Assembly: GCA_964609145.1 (NCBI GenBank)
Contig: CAZSRI010000004.1
Location: 1 to 60,168, forward strand
Reading direction: 5' to 3'
Length of the DNA stretch: 60,168 bases
From: an uncultured Chloroflexota bacterium
Lineage (GTDB): Bacteria; Chloroflexota; Limnocylindria; P2-11E
Shown here: positions 41,882-51,024 of the stretch, one piece after another
Layout: every line of letters starts with the position of its first letter
How positions within the stretch are numbered: the first letter of the stretch is position 1
Made by a program: the position numbers and the translations under genes
Notes under the pieces: model-generated
Told to the model about the DNA's origin: nothing
The model's input: only the letters and a program-made list of their open reading frames with translations
Database searches by the model: none

Positions 41882-43624
41882 TCACTCCTGCACGCCGAAG
41901 CGCGACGACACGCGCTGGACGATGAGCACGACGGCGACGAGCGTGAGGATGAGCGTGACCGAGATAGCGGCGACGCCGCCGAACGCGCCGACCTCGTACT
42001 GGTCGAAGATCGTGACCGCCAGGACGGTCGTGTTCTGATTCACGAGCAGGACCGAGGCGCCCAGCTCGCGGACCGACACGATGAACACGTACAGCCACGC
42101 CGCGACGAGGCCCGGGCGCAGGAGCGGCAGCGTGATCCGCCGGAACGTCGTCCACCACGACGCGCCCGCCGCCTGTCCCGCTTCCTCGAGCTCGCGGTGC
42201 AGCTGGAGGAGCGTCGCGCTGTTCGCGCGCATCCCGTACGGCAGGTAGCGGATGAGGTAGGCGACGACGAGGATCCACAGCGTGCCGTAGATCGGGATCA
42301 CCTGGAACGCGGGCGAGAGGTACTGGAGGATCATCGCGACGCCGAGCACGAGCCCGGGGATCGTGATCGGGATGAACGCGAGGATGTCGAGCGCGCCGCG
42401 CCCGGGCGTCTTCGTCCGCGTGATGACCCACGCGATGACCGCCGTGAGGAGCGTCACGAGCGTTGCCGAGACCGTGCCGAGGACGAGGCTGTTCACGGCG
42501 CCGCGCTGCACGCCGGGCCACCCGAACGCCTTCTCGTAGTTCGCCAGCGACGCCTTCGCGAGGAGGGTGAGGTCCGGCGCGAAGTACGGCAGCAGCGACA
42601 CGAACAGCAGCGCGATGAACGGCAGCGCGACGATGAGCAGCACGTACCCCACGAGGAGCGCCGCAGTGAGGTACCGCCAGCGGCCGAGATCGATGAGCCG
42701 CGGGCGGAACGCCTTCCCGGTCACGGTCGCGAACCGCTCCGCCTGGCGCGTCAGACGCTGATACAGGAGGATCCCGAGCACGCTCACGACGAACAGCGTC
42801 ACGGAGAGCGCGCCCGCGAGCCCGTAGTTCGGCGGGTAGATCTGCAACGCGCGATAGATCTCGCCAGTGAACACGGGGATACCGGCCGGCGTCCCGATGA
42901 TCCGCGGCACCTCGAACGACTCGAGCCCGCGGACGGCCATGATCAGGCTGACCGACGCGAGCGCCGGGAGCATGAGCGGGAGCGTGATGCGACGGAGCGT
43001 CGCGAGGGTCCCGCTGCCGCTCATGAGCGCCGACTCCTCGAGCGAGGGGTCCATGCTCTTCAGCCCCGCGGTCATGAGGAGGAAGACGAGCGGCGAGAGG
43101 TACAGCCCCTCGATCCAGATCATCCCGGGAAGCGAGTAGATCGTGAACGGCGCCTCCGTCTGCCCGAAGAGCGCGGCGATCCCTCGTGCGACGAGGCCGA
43201 TGCGACCGCTCAGTAGGAAGACCCACGCGATCGCGTTCACGATCCCGGGGACGATGATCGGCACGAGCGCGAGCGCGAAGAAGAGCTTGCGGAACGGCGT
43301 GTTCGTGCGCTCGACGATCCACGCGACCGCGGTCCCGAGCGTGAGGGCGAGCAGGCCGACGCCGACCGAGTACACGATCGAGTTGAAGAGGAGACGGAAC
43401 GTGCGCTCCGTGCCGTAGGCGTCGGCGTAGTGCTGGAGGGTGAAGCCCTTGAGGATCTCGCCGTCGACGCCGACGCTGCCGAGCACGAGCATCGCGAGGG
43501 GATACGCGGTGAGGTACAGGAGTACCAGCGCGAGGCCGAGGACGACGAGCACTCCCCGGTCGAGCCGCGGCAGGCGTCGCACCCGCGCGCCTGCCGCGGC
43601 GACCTGGATCGCCTTCGTCGTCAC
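41882..43624 (-). CDS. ABC transporter permease, fused double (12-TM) type as in Fe(III)/thiamine/2-aminoethylphosphonate importers
   Basis: 580-aa ORF with two BPD_transp_1-like halves (EESALMSGSGTLATLRRITLPL and LEEAGQAAGASWWTTFRRITLPL EAA loops). Confidence 0.85.
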   Translation of the reverse strand: MTTKAIQVAAAGARVRRLPRLDRGVLVVLGLALVLLYLTAYPLAMLVLGSVGVDGEILKGFTLQHYADAYGTERTFRLLFNSIVYSVGVGLLALTLGTAVAWIVERTNTPFRKLFFALALVPIIVPGIVNAIAWVFLLSGRIGLVARGIAALFGQTEAPFTIYSLPGMIWIEGLYLSPLVFLLMTAGLKSMDPSLEESALMSGSGTLATLRRITLPLMLPALASVSLIMAVRGLESFEVPRIIGTPAGIPVFTGEIYRALQIYPPNYGLAGALSVTLFVVSVLGILLYQRLTRQAERFATVTGKAFRPRLIDLGRWRYLTAALLVGYVLLIVALPFIALLFVSLLPYFAPDLTLLAKASLANYEKAFGWPGVQRGAVNSLVLGTVSATLVTLLTAVIAWVITRTKTPGRGALDILAFIPITIPGLVLGVAMILQYLSPAFQVIPIYGTLWILVVAYLIRYLPYGMRANSATLLQLHRELEEAGQAAGASWWTTFRRITLPLLRPGLVAAWLYVFIVSVRELGASVLLVNQNTTVLAVTIFDQYEVGAFGGVAAISVTLILTLVAVVLIVQRVSSRFGVQE

Positions 43625-43643
43625 CGGCCTGCGGCCTGCCAGG

Positions 43644-44735
43644 TCACTTGTTCGCGATCAGCTTCTTCCAAAGCTCTTGGTACTTGGGCAGGTCCTTCGC
43701 GTCCTCGGGTCCTGATGTGACCTCGTTCGTGAACTTGTAGACGGGGTCGGCGAGCGAGATCACCGCTGGGATCCGCTTGATGTCCGCGAGGACCTTCTGG
43801 CCGCCCTCCTTCGAGAGGTACCACTGGAGGAACACGAGGGCCGCGTTCGGATGCGGCGCGCCCTTGGCCATCACGGCGCCCTGGAGCCGCAGCATCACCC
43901 TGTCCTTGTTCCACGCGAGCGGGACCTTCTTGTCCGTGATGTCGCCCTGGGCCTGGTCGCCGCGGACGCCCCACGCCACCGTGCCCTGGCCCGCCTCGAG
44001 GGCCGAGAGCTGCTCGCTGTGGCCGTCGATGAGCTGCGGCTGGTTCGCGCCGAGCTTGGTGAAGTAGTCCTTCACCTTCGCGTCGTCGTTGTTGAAGAGG
44101 GCCTTCGCGAGACCCTGCATGACGTCCCAGTCGCTCGCCTCGATGAGGATCTTGCCCTTCCACTTGGGGTCGAGGAGGTCGTTCCAGCTCTTCGGCTCTT
44201 CGCCGGCCTTCACGAGGTTCGTGTTCCACGCGAAGGTCGACACCGCGGAGCGCGCGTTCACGAAGCTGCCGTTCGCCTGGACGTAGCTCTTCGGCAGCTC
44301 GGACACCGCCGGGACCTTGTCGGCCCACGGCTGCGTGAAGCCGTCGTTGATGACGCCCGCGAGGTCGATGCCGCCGGTCTCGAGGACGTCGGCGAGGTAC
44401 TGGCCCGCCTTGGCCTCCGTCGAGAACTGCGTGAGGATCTTCGAGCTCGACTTGCGGTTGAGCTCGACCTTGATGTCGGGATACGCCTTCTGGAACCCGT
44501 CGACGACGCGCTGCGCGTCGTCCGTCTCCATGGACGTGTACCAGACGGTCTTGCCTTCCGACCTCGCCTTCGAAACGATCGCCGCGTCGAGCTGTCCCTT
44601 CGCCGCCGCGCTCGCCGAAGCGGCCGCGCTCGCCGACGCGCTCGGCGAGGGTGAGGCGCTCCCGCCACAGGCCTGCGGAAGGATCGCGAGCGCCGCGACC
44701 AGCACGACGCCGAGTGAGCGGTGGTGGGTCTTCAC
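43644..44735 (-). CDS. ABC transporter extracellular solute-binding protein (SBP_bac_1/6-like)
   Basis: 363-aa ORF (GTG start after GGGGGAGGGG). Signal peptide MKTHHRSLGVVLVAALAILPQACGG, then an S/A/P linker, then TVWYTSMETDDAQRVVDGFQKAYPDIKVEL. Confidence 0.85.
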   Translation of the reverse strand: MKTHHRSLGVVLVAALAILPQACGGSASPSPSASASAAASASAAAKGQLDAAIVSKARSEGKTVWYTSMETDDAQRVVDGFQKAYPDIKVELNRKSSSKILTQFSTEAKAGQYLADVLETGGIDLAGVINDGFTQPWADKVPAVSELPKSYVQANGSFVNARSAVSTFAWNTNLVKAGEEPKSWNDLLDPKWKGKILIEASDWDVMQGLAKALFNNDDAKVKDYFTKLGANQPQLIDGHSEQLSALEAGQGTVAWGVRGDQAQGDITDKKVPLAWNKDRVMLRLQGAVMAKGAPHPNAALVFLQWYLSKEGGQKVLADIKRIPAVISLADPVYKFTNEVTSGPEDAKDLPKYQELWKKLIANK

Positions 44736-44825
44736 TGGGCCCCTCCCCCTAGAGAAGTCGCGTTGGTCTGACTGTTATACCTTTGCCGTCCAGCGGGTGA
44801 TCCCCCCGGGAGGAGACAACGGGAC

Positions 44826-46199
44826 GTGTGCACGGACGTCGACACCGTCGCGACCGGAACGCTCCTTCAGCAGGGCTCGCTGCTGGAGGCGACGCCGCCC
44901 GCGCGCGCGACCGCGACGATCGAGCAGCTCATGCCGTACGCGCGCCAGGTCGCCGGACAGGAGGAGGTGCGGCGGACCGCGCCCGGGTTCGTCGGGTATG
45001 GGTCGACGAAGGAGGGCGACCGCGTCCTCGTGGCCGTCGACACGCACTACGACCGCCGCGTCGTCGACGCCGTGTGCCGCGGGCTGCGCGAGAAGGGCGC
45101 GCAGGTCGACGTCATCTGGGTCGAGGCTGAGCCCGACCGCGCGTTCACGCCGACCGACGAGATCACGACGATCATGCGGCGCGAGCCCTGGGCGAAGAAG
45201 CCGCGGCGCTGGGAGGGCATCCCCTGGATCGAGGAGCTCGCGCAGCGCGAGGGGTACGACCTCCTCGTCCACGGCAAGGGCGGCGGCATCCCGAACGTGC
45301 CGCACCGTTACGAGGCCGTCCCGTGGCTGCAGGTCGAGCACTTCGCCAGCGCCGCGACGGTGTACCCGCGCGACCTCCACACCCTCATCAACATGAAGAC
45401 GTGGATGCGCTTCTTCGACGAGGGTCGCGGCGGGCGCGTCCACCTCACCGACGCCGAGGGCACCGACCTCTCGTACACGCTCTGGCCCGAGTACTTCGAC
45501 GGCACGCGCCGTGGCTACACCGAGGTCCCGTGGTGGGGACATCTCCTCGGTCACGGCCCCACCCCGATCGTCCCGCAGGAGGACGCGACCGGCGTCGTCG
45601 TCGGCACCATGAGCCACTTCCAGCGGCCGTTCCCGCCGATCCGCCTGGAGCTCGAGAACGGCCGGCTCGAGCGGATCGGCGGCGGCGGCGCGTACGGCGA
45701 TGCGTGGCGCGACCTCAAGACCGAGTCCGACGAGACGCGGTACCCCTCGTTCCCTCGGCCGGGACTCTTCTGGCTGTGGGAGGTCGCGATCGGCACGAAC
45801 CCGAAGATCCGTCGCCCGCCGCGGATCGAGATGCTCTCGTCGGGCGGGTTCGAGTGGGAACGCCGCCGCTCGGGGATAGTGCACGTCGGGATCGGCACGC
45901 GCTGGCGCGGCGCCGAGGAGAAGTGGGCCGGCGAGCGTGGCCTCCTCTACGGCCACCTCCACGTGCACCTCGTGTTCCCGACGCTCGTCATCACGACGCG
46001 CGCCGGGAAGGAGATCGTCGTCATCGAGAGGGGGCACCTCACCGCGCTCGACGATCCCGAGGTGCGCGACGTGGCGCGCCGCTACGGCGACGTGGACCGG
46101 ATCCTCAACGTCGAGTGGACGCCGGGCATCCCGGGGATCGACGCTCCCGGGAGGTACGAGGACTACGCGCGCGACCCCGCCAAGGTCGTCTACGGGTGA
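44826..46199 (+). CDS. Conserved protein, tentatively M29 aminopeptidase/2,5-dihydroxypyridine dioxygenase (NicX)-like fold
   Basis: 457-aa ORF (GTG start, GGGAGGAG 10 nt upstream). Order of motifs: VHLTDAEGTDLSY, ENGRLERIGGGG, WEVAIGTNP, GIVHVGIG, GHLHVHL. This resembles the AmpS/NicX family layout as I remember it. The assignment is not secure. Confidence 0.5.
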   Translation: MCTDVDTVATGTLLQQGSLLEATPPARATATIEQLMPYARQVAGQEEVRRTAPGFVGYGSTKEGDRVLVAVDTHYDRRVVDAVCRGLREKGAQVDVIWVEAEPDRAFTPTDEITTIMRREPWAKKPRRWEGIPWIEELAQREGYDLLVHGKGGGIPNVPHRYEAVPWLQVEHFASAATVYPRDLHTLINMKTWMRFFDEGRGGRVHLTDAEGTDLSYTLWPEYFDGTRRGYTEVPWWGHLLGHGPTPIVPQEDATGVVVGTMSHFQRPFPPIRLELENGRLERIGGGGAYGDAWRDLKTESDETRYPSFPRPGLFWLWEVAIGTNPKIRRPPRIEMLSSGGFEWERRRSGIVHVGIGTRWRGAEEKWAGERGLLYGHLHVHLVFPTLVITTRAGKEIVVIERGHLTALDDPEVRDVARRYGDVDRILNVEWTPGIPGIDAPGRYEDYARDPAKVVYG

Positions 46200-46214
46200 C
46201 GCGGTGACGCGTCG

Positions 46215-47453
46215 ATGGTGAGGATGGCGGAGCGGCTCACCTTCGGCACGGGGGTCGCGGACTGGCAGCAGCGGATCGACGTCGATCGGATGCGCCGCGA
46301 GCGCGCCGAGAAGGCGCGCGCGGTCATGCGGGCGCGCGGGATCCCGGCGCTCCTCGCCGCGGGCCCCGCGAACACGCGCTACCTCACCGGCCTGCGCGGC
46401 CCCGAGTTCGCACCGCAGCTCTGGTACGTCCTCTTCCTCGCCGCGGGCGCGCCGGTCGTGTTCCACCACGCCGGGTGGATCCGCTCCTACCCCTCGCAAG
46501 TGCCGTGGATCACGGAATGGCGGCTCGCGCGCGCGTGGCTGCCGGGCGCCGGACCGGAGGCGATAGCCGACGAGACCAAGCTCTTCGCGACGGGCATCGC
46601 CGACGAGCTCGCCTCGCGCGGGCTCTCGAAGGACCAGCTCGCCGTCGCCGGGTTCGACGCGCGCGCGCAGCGCGCGCTCGCCGACGCGGGGGTCCGGACC
46701 GTCGAGGGCGGGTCGCTCATGCTCGAGGCGGCGAGGACGAAGACCGTCGACGAGATCGCCTGCCTGAAGCAGGCGTTCGCGATCACCGACGCCGCATGGC
46801 AGGCCGCGCGCGGTGCGCTGCGCCCCGGCGCGCGCGACACCGACGCGTCGCAGGCCGCCATCGCCGCGGCGTACGCCGCCGGCGCGGACGAGGTCCCACC
46901 GATGCGGTTCCGCAGCGGGCCGATGTCGTTCGATCGCGCGTACGAGAACACCGGCCGCGTCCTCCAGCACGGCGACCTCGCCTACGGCGCGTTCTGCAGC
47001 GTCGGGTACCTCGGCTACAAGACCTGCTACTACCGCACGTTCTCGATCGCCCGCGCGCCCGACGACCGCGCGCGCGACTGGTACCGCCGGCTCCTCGAGC
47101 GGCTCGACGCCGTCGTCGACGCGATCAAGCCGGGCGCGACGACGGCCGACGCGGCCAAGCGCTTCGCGCCGGCGAGCACGTGGGGCTACGCGGACGAGGC
47201 CGAGCTCCTCACGCTCGAGATCGGCCACGGGATCGGCCTCTCGGCGTACGGCTACCCGATCATCAACCGGCAGTGGTCGCTCGACCATCCGCAGCCCTTC
47301 GAGCCGGGAATGACGGTCGCCATCGAGGGGCGCGAAGGTGAGCCGGGCGTCGGCGGGGTGCGTCTCGAGGACGCCGTCGTCGTGACCGAGGACGGGTGCG
47401 AGCTCATCGACCACTGGCCGCGCGATGAGATCCTCATCGCGCCGTACGCCTAG
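46215..47453 (+). CDS. M24-family metallopeptidase-fold protein (creatinase/prolidase-like)
   Basis: 412-aa ORF. N-terminal creatinase_N-like domain and a C-terminal pita-bread domain (KTVDEIACLKQAF...GYLGYKTCYYRTF...LEIGHGIGLS...GMTVAIEG...VRLEDAVVVTEDG). Confidence 0.8.
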   Translation: MVRMAERLTFGTGVADWQQRIDVDRMRRERAEKARAVMRARGIPALLAAGPANTRYLTGLRGPEFAPQLWYVLFLAAGAPVVFHHAGWIRSYPSQVPWITEWRLARAWLPGAGPEAIADETKLFATGIADELASRGLSKDQLAVAGFDARAQRALADAGVRTVEGGSLMLEAARTKTVDEIACLKQAFAITDAAWQAARGALRPGARDTDASQAAIAAAYAAGADEVPPMRFRSGPMSFDRAYENTGRVLQHGDLAYGAFCSVGYLGYKTCYYRTFSIARAPDDRARDWYRRLLERLDAVVDAIKPGATTADAAKRFAPASTWGYADEAELLTLEIGHGIGLSAYGYPIINRQWSLDHPQPFEPGMTVAIEGREGEPGVGGVRLEDAVVVTEDGCELIDHWPRDEILIAPYA

Positions 47454-47468
47454 GAGGAGGAGGACCGG

Positions 47469-47933
47469 GTGGCGACGCAGTACGAGCGGCTCAAGGTGAT
47501 GTCCGACGCGACGCGGTCGAAGACGCGGAACGGTCCCGTCGTCGTGCACTCGAAGGGGATCGAGTGGGAGATGGGTCCCGGCGGCCACCGCCGCCGCGCG
47601 TTCCTGTCCGAGCCCGACATCCTCGGCTCGATGGTGCAGACGATGGCGGCCTTCATATCCGAGATCCCCGCGGGCGGCCGCAGCGGGAAGCACCGCCACT
47701 TCAACGAGGCGATGATCTTCATCCTCAAGGGAAAAGGCCGATCGGTCATCGGCGACGGCCCGAGCGAGAAGACGTACGAGTGGGGCGAGGGCGACCTCGT
47801 GAGCGTGCCGATCTGGGAATGGCACCAGCACTTCAATGACTCGGCCGAGGAGCCGATCGTCTACCTCGGGATCACGAACCTGCCGCTCCTGCGCGCGATG
47901 GGGCTGAACACGCTCGAGGACGCGAAGGGCTAG
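47469..47933 (+). CDS. Single-domain cupin (gentisate-dioxygenase-like metal motifs)
   Basis: 154-aa ORF (GTG start after GGAGGAGGAGG). GGRSGKHRHFNEAMIFILKGKG and GDLVSVPIWEWHQHFN match the two cupin motifs. Confidence 0.8.
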   Translation: MATQYERLKVMSDATRSKTRNGPVVVHSKGIEWEMGPGGHRRRAFLSEPDILGSMVQTMAAFISEIPAGGRSGKHRHFNEAMIFILKGKGRSVIGDGPSEKTYEWGEGDLVSVPIWEWHQHFNDSAEEPIVYLGITNLPLLRAMGLNTLEDAKG

Positions 47934-48676
47934 TGGCAGCCGGCTCGTGGCGCGCGCGCGTCGGGATCGTGAACCCCTCGCGCGGCGACGTGCTCATGTA
48001 CGAGTACTACGCGGCCGCGCCGCCCGGCGTGATCCTCGTGCCCGCCGCGCTGGGGCTCCAGCGGCTGTCCGGGGAAGAGCTCGAGCGCGTCATCGACGGG
48101 TACGTGCGCGCCGTCGAGGAGCTTGCGTACGAGCGCGTCGACCTCGTGGTCCTCGGCGGGACGCCGCCGGTCACGCACCGCGGGTCCGGCTTCGAGCGCA
48201 CGCTCGTCGAGCGCGCCTCGGCCGTCATCGACGTCCCGGTGGTGCCGCTCGTGCGCCTCGAGGTCGAGGCGCTCCAGGCGATCGGCGCGCGCCGCATCGC
48301 CGTCGGCGCGCCGTACACGCCCGAGCTCACGCGGAAGTTCGCGGACTACTTCACGGCGGCGGGGTTCGAGGTCGCTGCGACGAAGTGCCTCGGGATCGAG
48401 CGGCCCGTGGAGATGGCCGTTCTCCCTCCGAGCGTGCCGGCCGGCCTCGCGCGCGCCGTGCGCGCGGAGGGCGGCGTCGTCGACGCGGTCCACCTCACGT
48501 GCCCGCGCTGGCCGACGGTCGCGTCGCTCGCGCGGCTCGAGGCCGAGTGCGGCGTGCCGGTCACGTCGAGCAGCGCGTCGGTCCTGTACGGCACGCTCGC
48601 GCGGCTCGGCATCCACGACCGCATCGCCGGCTTCGGCTCGCTCCTCGAGCGCCTCGCGACGACGGTGCCGGCATGA
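47933..48676 (+). CDS. Asp/Glu/hydantoin-racemase-fold protein (maleate isomerase/arylmalonate decarboxylase family), paralogue 1
   Basis: 247-aa ORF. VGIVNPS, DLVVLGGTPP (aa 70-79), AVHLTCPRWPT (Cys190). Confidence 0.75.
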   Translation: MAAGSWRARVGIVNPSRGDVLMYEYYAAAPPGVILVPAALGLQRLSGEELERVIDGYVRAVEELAYERVDLVVLGGTPPVTHRGSGFERTLVERASAVIDVPVVPLVRLEVEALQAIGARRIAVGAPYTPELTRKFADYFTAAGFEVAATKCLGIERPVEMAVLPPSVPAGLARAVRAEGGVVDAVHLTCPRWPTVASLARLEAECGVPVTSSSASVLYGTLARLGIHDRIAGFGSLLERLATTVPA

Positions 48677-49422
48677 GCCGCTTCGAGATGGAGCACGGCA
48701 CGGTCGGCGTCATCAAGCCGACGTACCGCCCCGGCTCGCTCGAGGAGTTCATCCGTCTCCTCCCCGAGGGCATCGGGGTCATCCCGCTCTTCCTCGATAT
48801 CCGCCGCGGGACCCTCGACGAGTTCCGCGCCGCGCTCGACGCGGTCGAGGAGAAGGTCGCGCTCCTCGCCGGCATCGGCGTCGACCTCATCCACCCCGAA
48901 GGCGCGCCGCCGTTCATGACGCTCGGCCCCGAGGGCGAGCGCGCTCGCGTCGCGGAGTGGGAGCGGCGCTACGGCGTGCCGATCGTCACCGCGCCGCAGA
49001 CGCAGGCCGAGGCGATGCGCGCGCTCGGCATGGGCCGCATCGCCGGGGTCACCTACTTCACGGGCGGCATCAACGAGCTCTTCGCGCGCTATTTCGGCGA
49101 GGCGGGGTTCGACGTGCTCGCGATGAGCGGGATCGCCGTCCCGTTCGAGGGCGTCGGGCGGCTCGCGTCGCGCGACGTGTTCGCGCACGCGGTCGCCGAA
49201 GCGCGCCGCCACGAACGGATCGACGGCGTGTACCTCCTCGGGTCGGGCTGGCGGATCCTCGACATCCTCGATCCCCTCGAGGCCGCGCTCGGGGTGCCCG
49301 TCCTCCACGCGGTGGCCGCGCGCGTATGGGCCGTGCAGCAGCGGCTCGGCGTCCACGTTCCGTGCCGCGGATATGGCCGGCTCCTCCGCGAGCTGCCGGC
49401 GCCGGCCGGGCTCGCGGCGTGA
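48673..49422 (+). CDS. Asp/Glu/hydantoin-racemase-fold protein, paralogue 2 (no candidate catalytic Cys at either site)
   Basis: ATG at 48673 (ATGA overlap) gives 249 aa. VGVIKPT, DLIHPEGAPPF, GVYLLGSGWR occupy the positions equivalent to the paralogue 1 motifs. Confidence 0.7.
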   Translation: MSRFEMEHGTVGVIKPTYRPGSLEEFIRLLPEGIGVIPLFLDIRRGTLDEFRAALDAVEEKVALLAGIGVDLIHPEGAPPFMTLGPEGERARVAEWERRYGVPIVTAPQTQAEAMRALGMGRIAGVTYFTGGINELFARYFGEAGFDVLAMSGIAVPFEGVGRLASRDVFAHAVAEARRHERIDGVYLLGSGWRILDILDPLEAALGVPVLHAVAARVWAVQQRLGVHVPCRGYGRLLRELPAPAGLAA

Positions 49423-50216
49423 GCGCGTCGGCTCCGGCTGCCCTGCCCGCCGCGATCGAGCGCGGGTACTTCGACGGCCGCGTCGCGGCGATCACCGGCG
49501 GCGCGAGCGGGATCGGCCGCGCGATCGCGCTCGCGCTCGCGCGCGCCGGTGCGTCGGCGGTGATCGCCGACGTCGCGCTCGAGGGTGCCGAGGACACCGC
49601 GGCCGAGATCCGCCGGATCGGCACGCGCGCCATCGCCGCGCGCATCGACGTCTCGCGCGAGGAGGACGCCGGGCGCATGGTGCGGGCCGCGACGAATGGT
49701 CTCGGCCGGCTCGACTTCCTCGTGTGCTGCGCGGGGAACGCGAGCATCGCGCCCGTCCTCGATCTCACCGAGCAGCAGTGGCGCTCGCTCATCGACGTCC
49801 ACCTCACCGGCACGTTCCTCTGCTGCCGCGCGGCATTCGACGCGATCGCGGAGGCGCACGGCGGCATCGTCACCATGTCGTCTTCGTACGGCTTCAAGGG
49901 CCGGCCCACCGCGGCGCACTACTCGGCCGCGAAGGCGGGGATCTTCGGCTTCACGCGCGTCCTCGCGACCGAGCTCGCGCCAAACGCGACGGCGAACGCG
50001 ATCGCGCCGGGCCCGATCGACACGCCGCGCTGGCGCGCGGGCCTCAGCGACGAGGACTACGCGGCGAAGAAGGCGAAGCGCGTGAAGGACATTCCGATGG
50101 GACGAATGGGAACGCCCGAGGACGTCGCCGCCATGGCGCTCTTCCTCCTCGGCCCCGGCGGGCGCTGGGTCACCGGCCAGGTGCTGCACGTGAACGGCGG
50201 GGAGTTCTACCCGTGA
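49419..50216 (+). CDS. Short-chain dehydrogenase/reductase (SDR)
   Basis: GTG at 49419 (GTGA overlap) gives 265 aa. ITGGASGIGRAIA; catalytic SSS...YSAAK; PGPIDTP. Confidence 0.85.
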   Translation: MSASAPAALPAAIERGYFDGRVAAITGGASGIGRAIALALARAGASAVIADVALEGAEDTAAEIRRIGTRAIAARIDVSREEDAGRMVRAATNGLGRLDFLVCCAGNASIAPVLDLTEQQWRSLIDVHLTGTFLCCRAAFDAIAEAHGGIVTMSSSYGFKGRPTAAHYSAAKAGIFGFTRVLATELAPNATANAIAPGPIDTPRWRAGLSDEDYAAKKAKRVKDIPMGRMGTPEDVAAMALFLLGPGGRWVTGQVLHVNGGEFYP

Positions 50217-50277
50217 TGGAGAGTGGGCGTGCCGCTCGCGAGCACGGACGCGCGAGCGAACGGAGTACGAAGTCCCC

Positions 50278-51024
50278 GTGACGAAGGTGGCGATCGTGAC
50301 CGGTGCGGGGCAGGGCATCGGGCACGCCGTCGCGCTGCGCCTCGCGCGCGAGGGGCTCGCGGTCGGCGCGCTCGACGTCGTCGCCGCGAACGCCGAGCGG
50401 ACGGCGCGCGAGGTCGCGGAGGCCGGCGGGCGCGCGGTCGCGCTCACGTGCGACGTCGCCGAGGCCGCGAGCGTCGACCGCGCGGTCTCGCGGTGCGAGC
50501 GGGAGCTCGGTCCGGTCGACGCGATCGCGAACGTCGCCGGCATCTACGGGCAGCACCTTCTCATCCGCGAGCAGACGCTCGACAACTGGCGGCGTGTCCT
50601 CGACGTGAACCTCACCGGGACGTTCCTGTGCGCGAAGCGCGTCCTCCCCGCGATGCTCGAGCGGCGCTGGGGCCGGATCGTGAACGTGGCCTCGGGGAAC
50701 GCGCTCTCGGGCCGGCCGAAGGTCGCGCCGTACTCGGCGTCGAAGATGGCGGTCATCGGCTTCACGAAGGCGCTCGCCCTCGAGGCCGCGCGGAGCGGCG
50801 TGACGGTGAACGCGGTCATGCCGGGCATCACCGACACGGCCATGCCGCGCGAGAACGATCCCGAGGGGAAGCGGATCCCGATGCTCGCCGAGCGGAACCC
50901 GATGGGCCGGATCGGACAGCCAGAGGATCTCGCGAACGCGATCGCGTTCCTCGTCAGCGACGACGCCGGCTACATCACCGGGCAGACGATCGCCGTGAAC
51001 GGCGGTATCCGGGAGCTGCCATGA
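50278..51024 (+). CDS. Short-chain dehydrogenase/reductase (FabG-like)
   Basis: 248-aa ORF. VTGAGQGIGHAVA, NVAGI, YSASKMAVIGFTKALALE, PGITDT. Confidence 0.9.
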   Translation: MTKVAIVTGAGQGIGHAVALRLAREGLAVGALDVVAANAERTAREVAEAGGRAVALTCDVAEAASVDRAVSRCERELGPVDAIANVAGIYGQHLLIREQTLDNWRRVLDVNLTGTFLCAKRVLPAMLERRWGRIVNVASGNALSGRPKVAPYSASKMAVIGFTKALALEAARSGVTVNAVMPGITDTAMPRENDPEGKRIPMLAERNPMGRIGQPEDLANAIAFLVSDDAGYITGQTIAVNGGIRELP

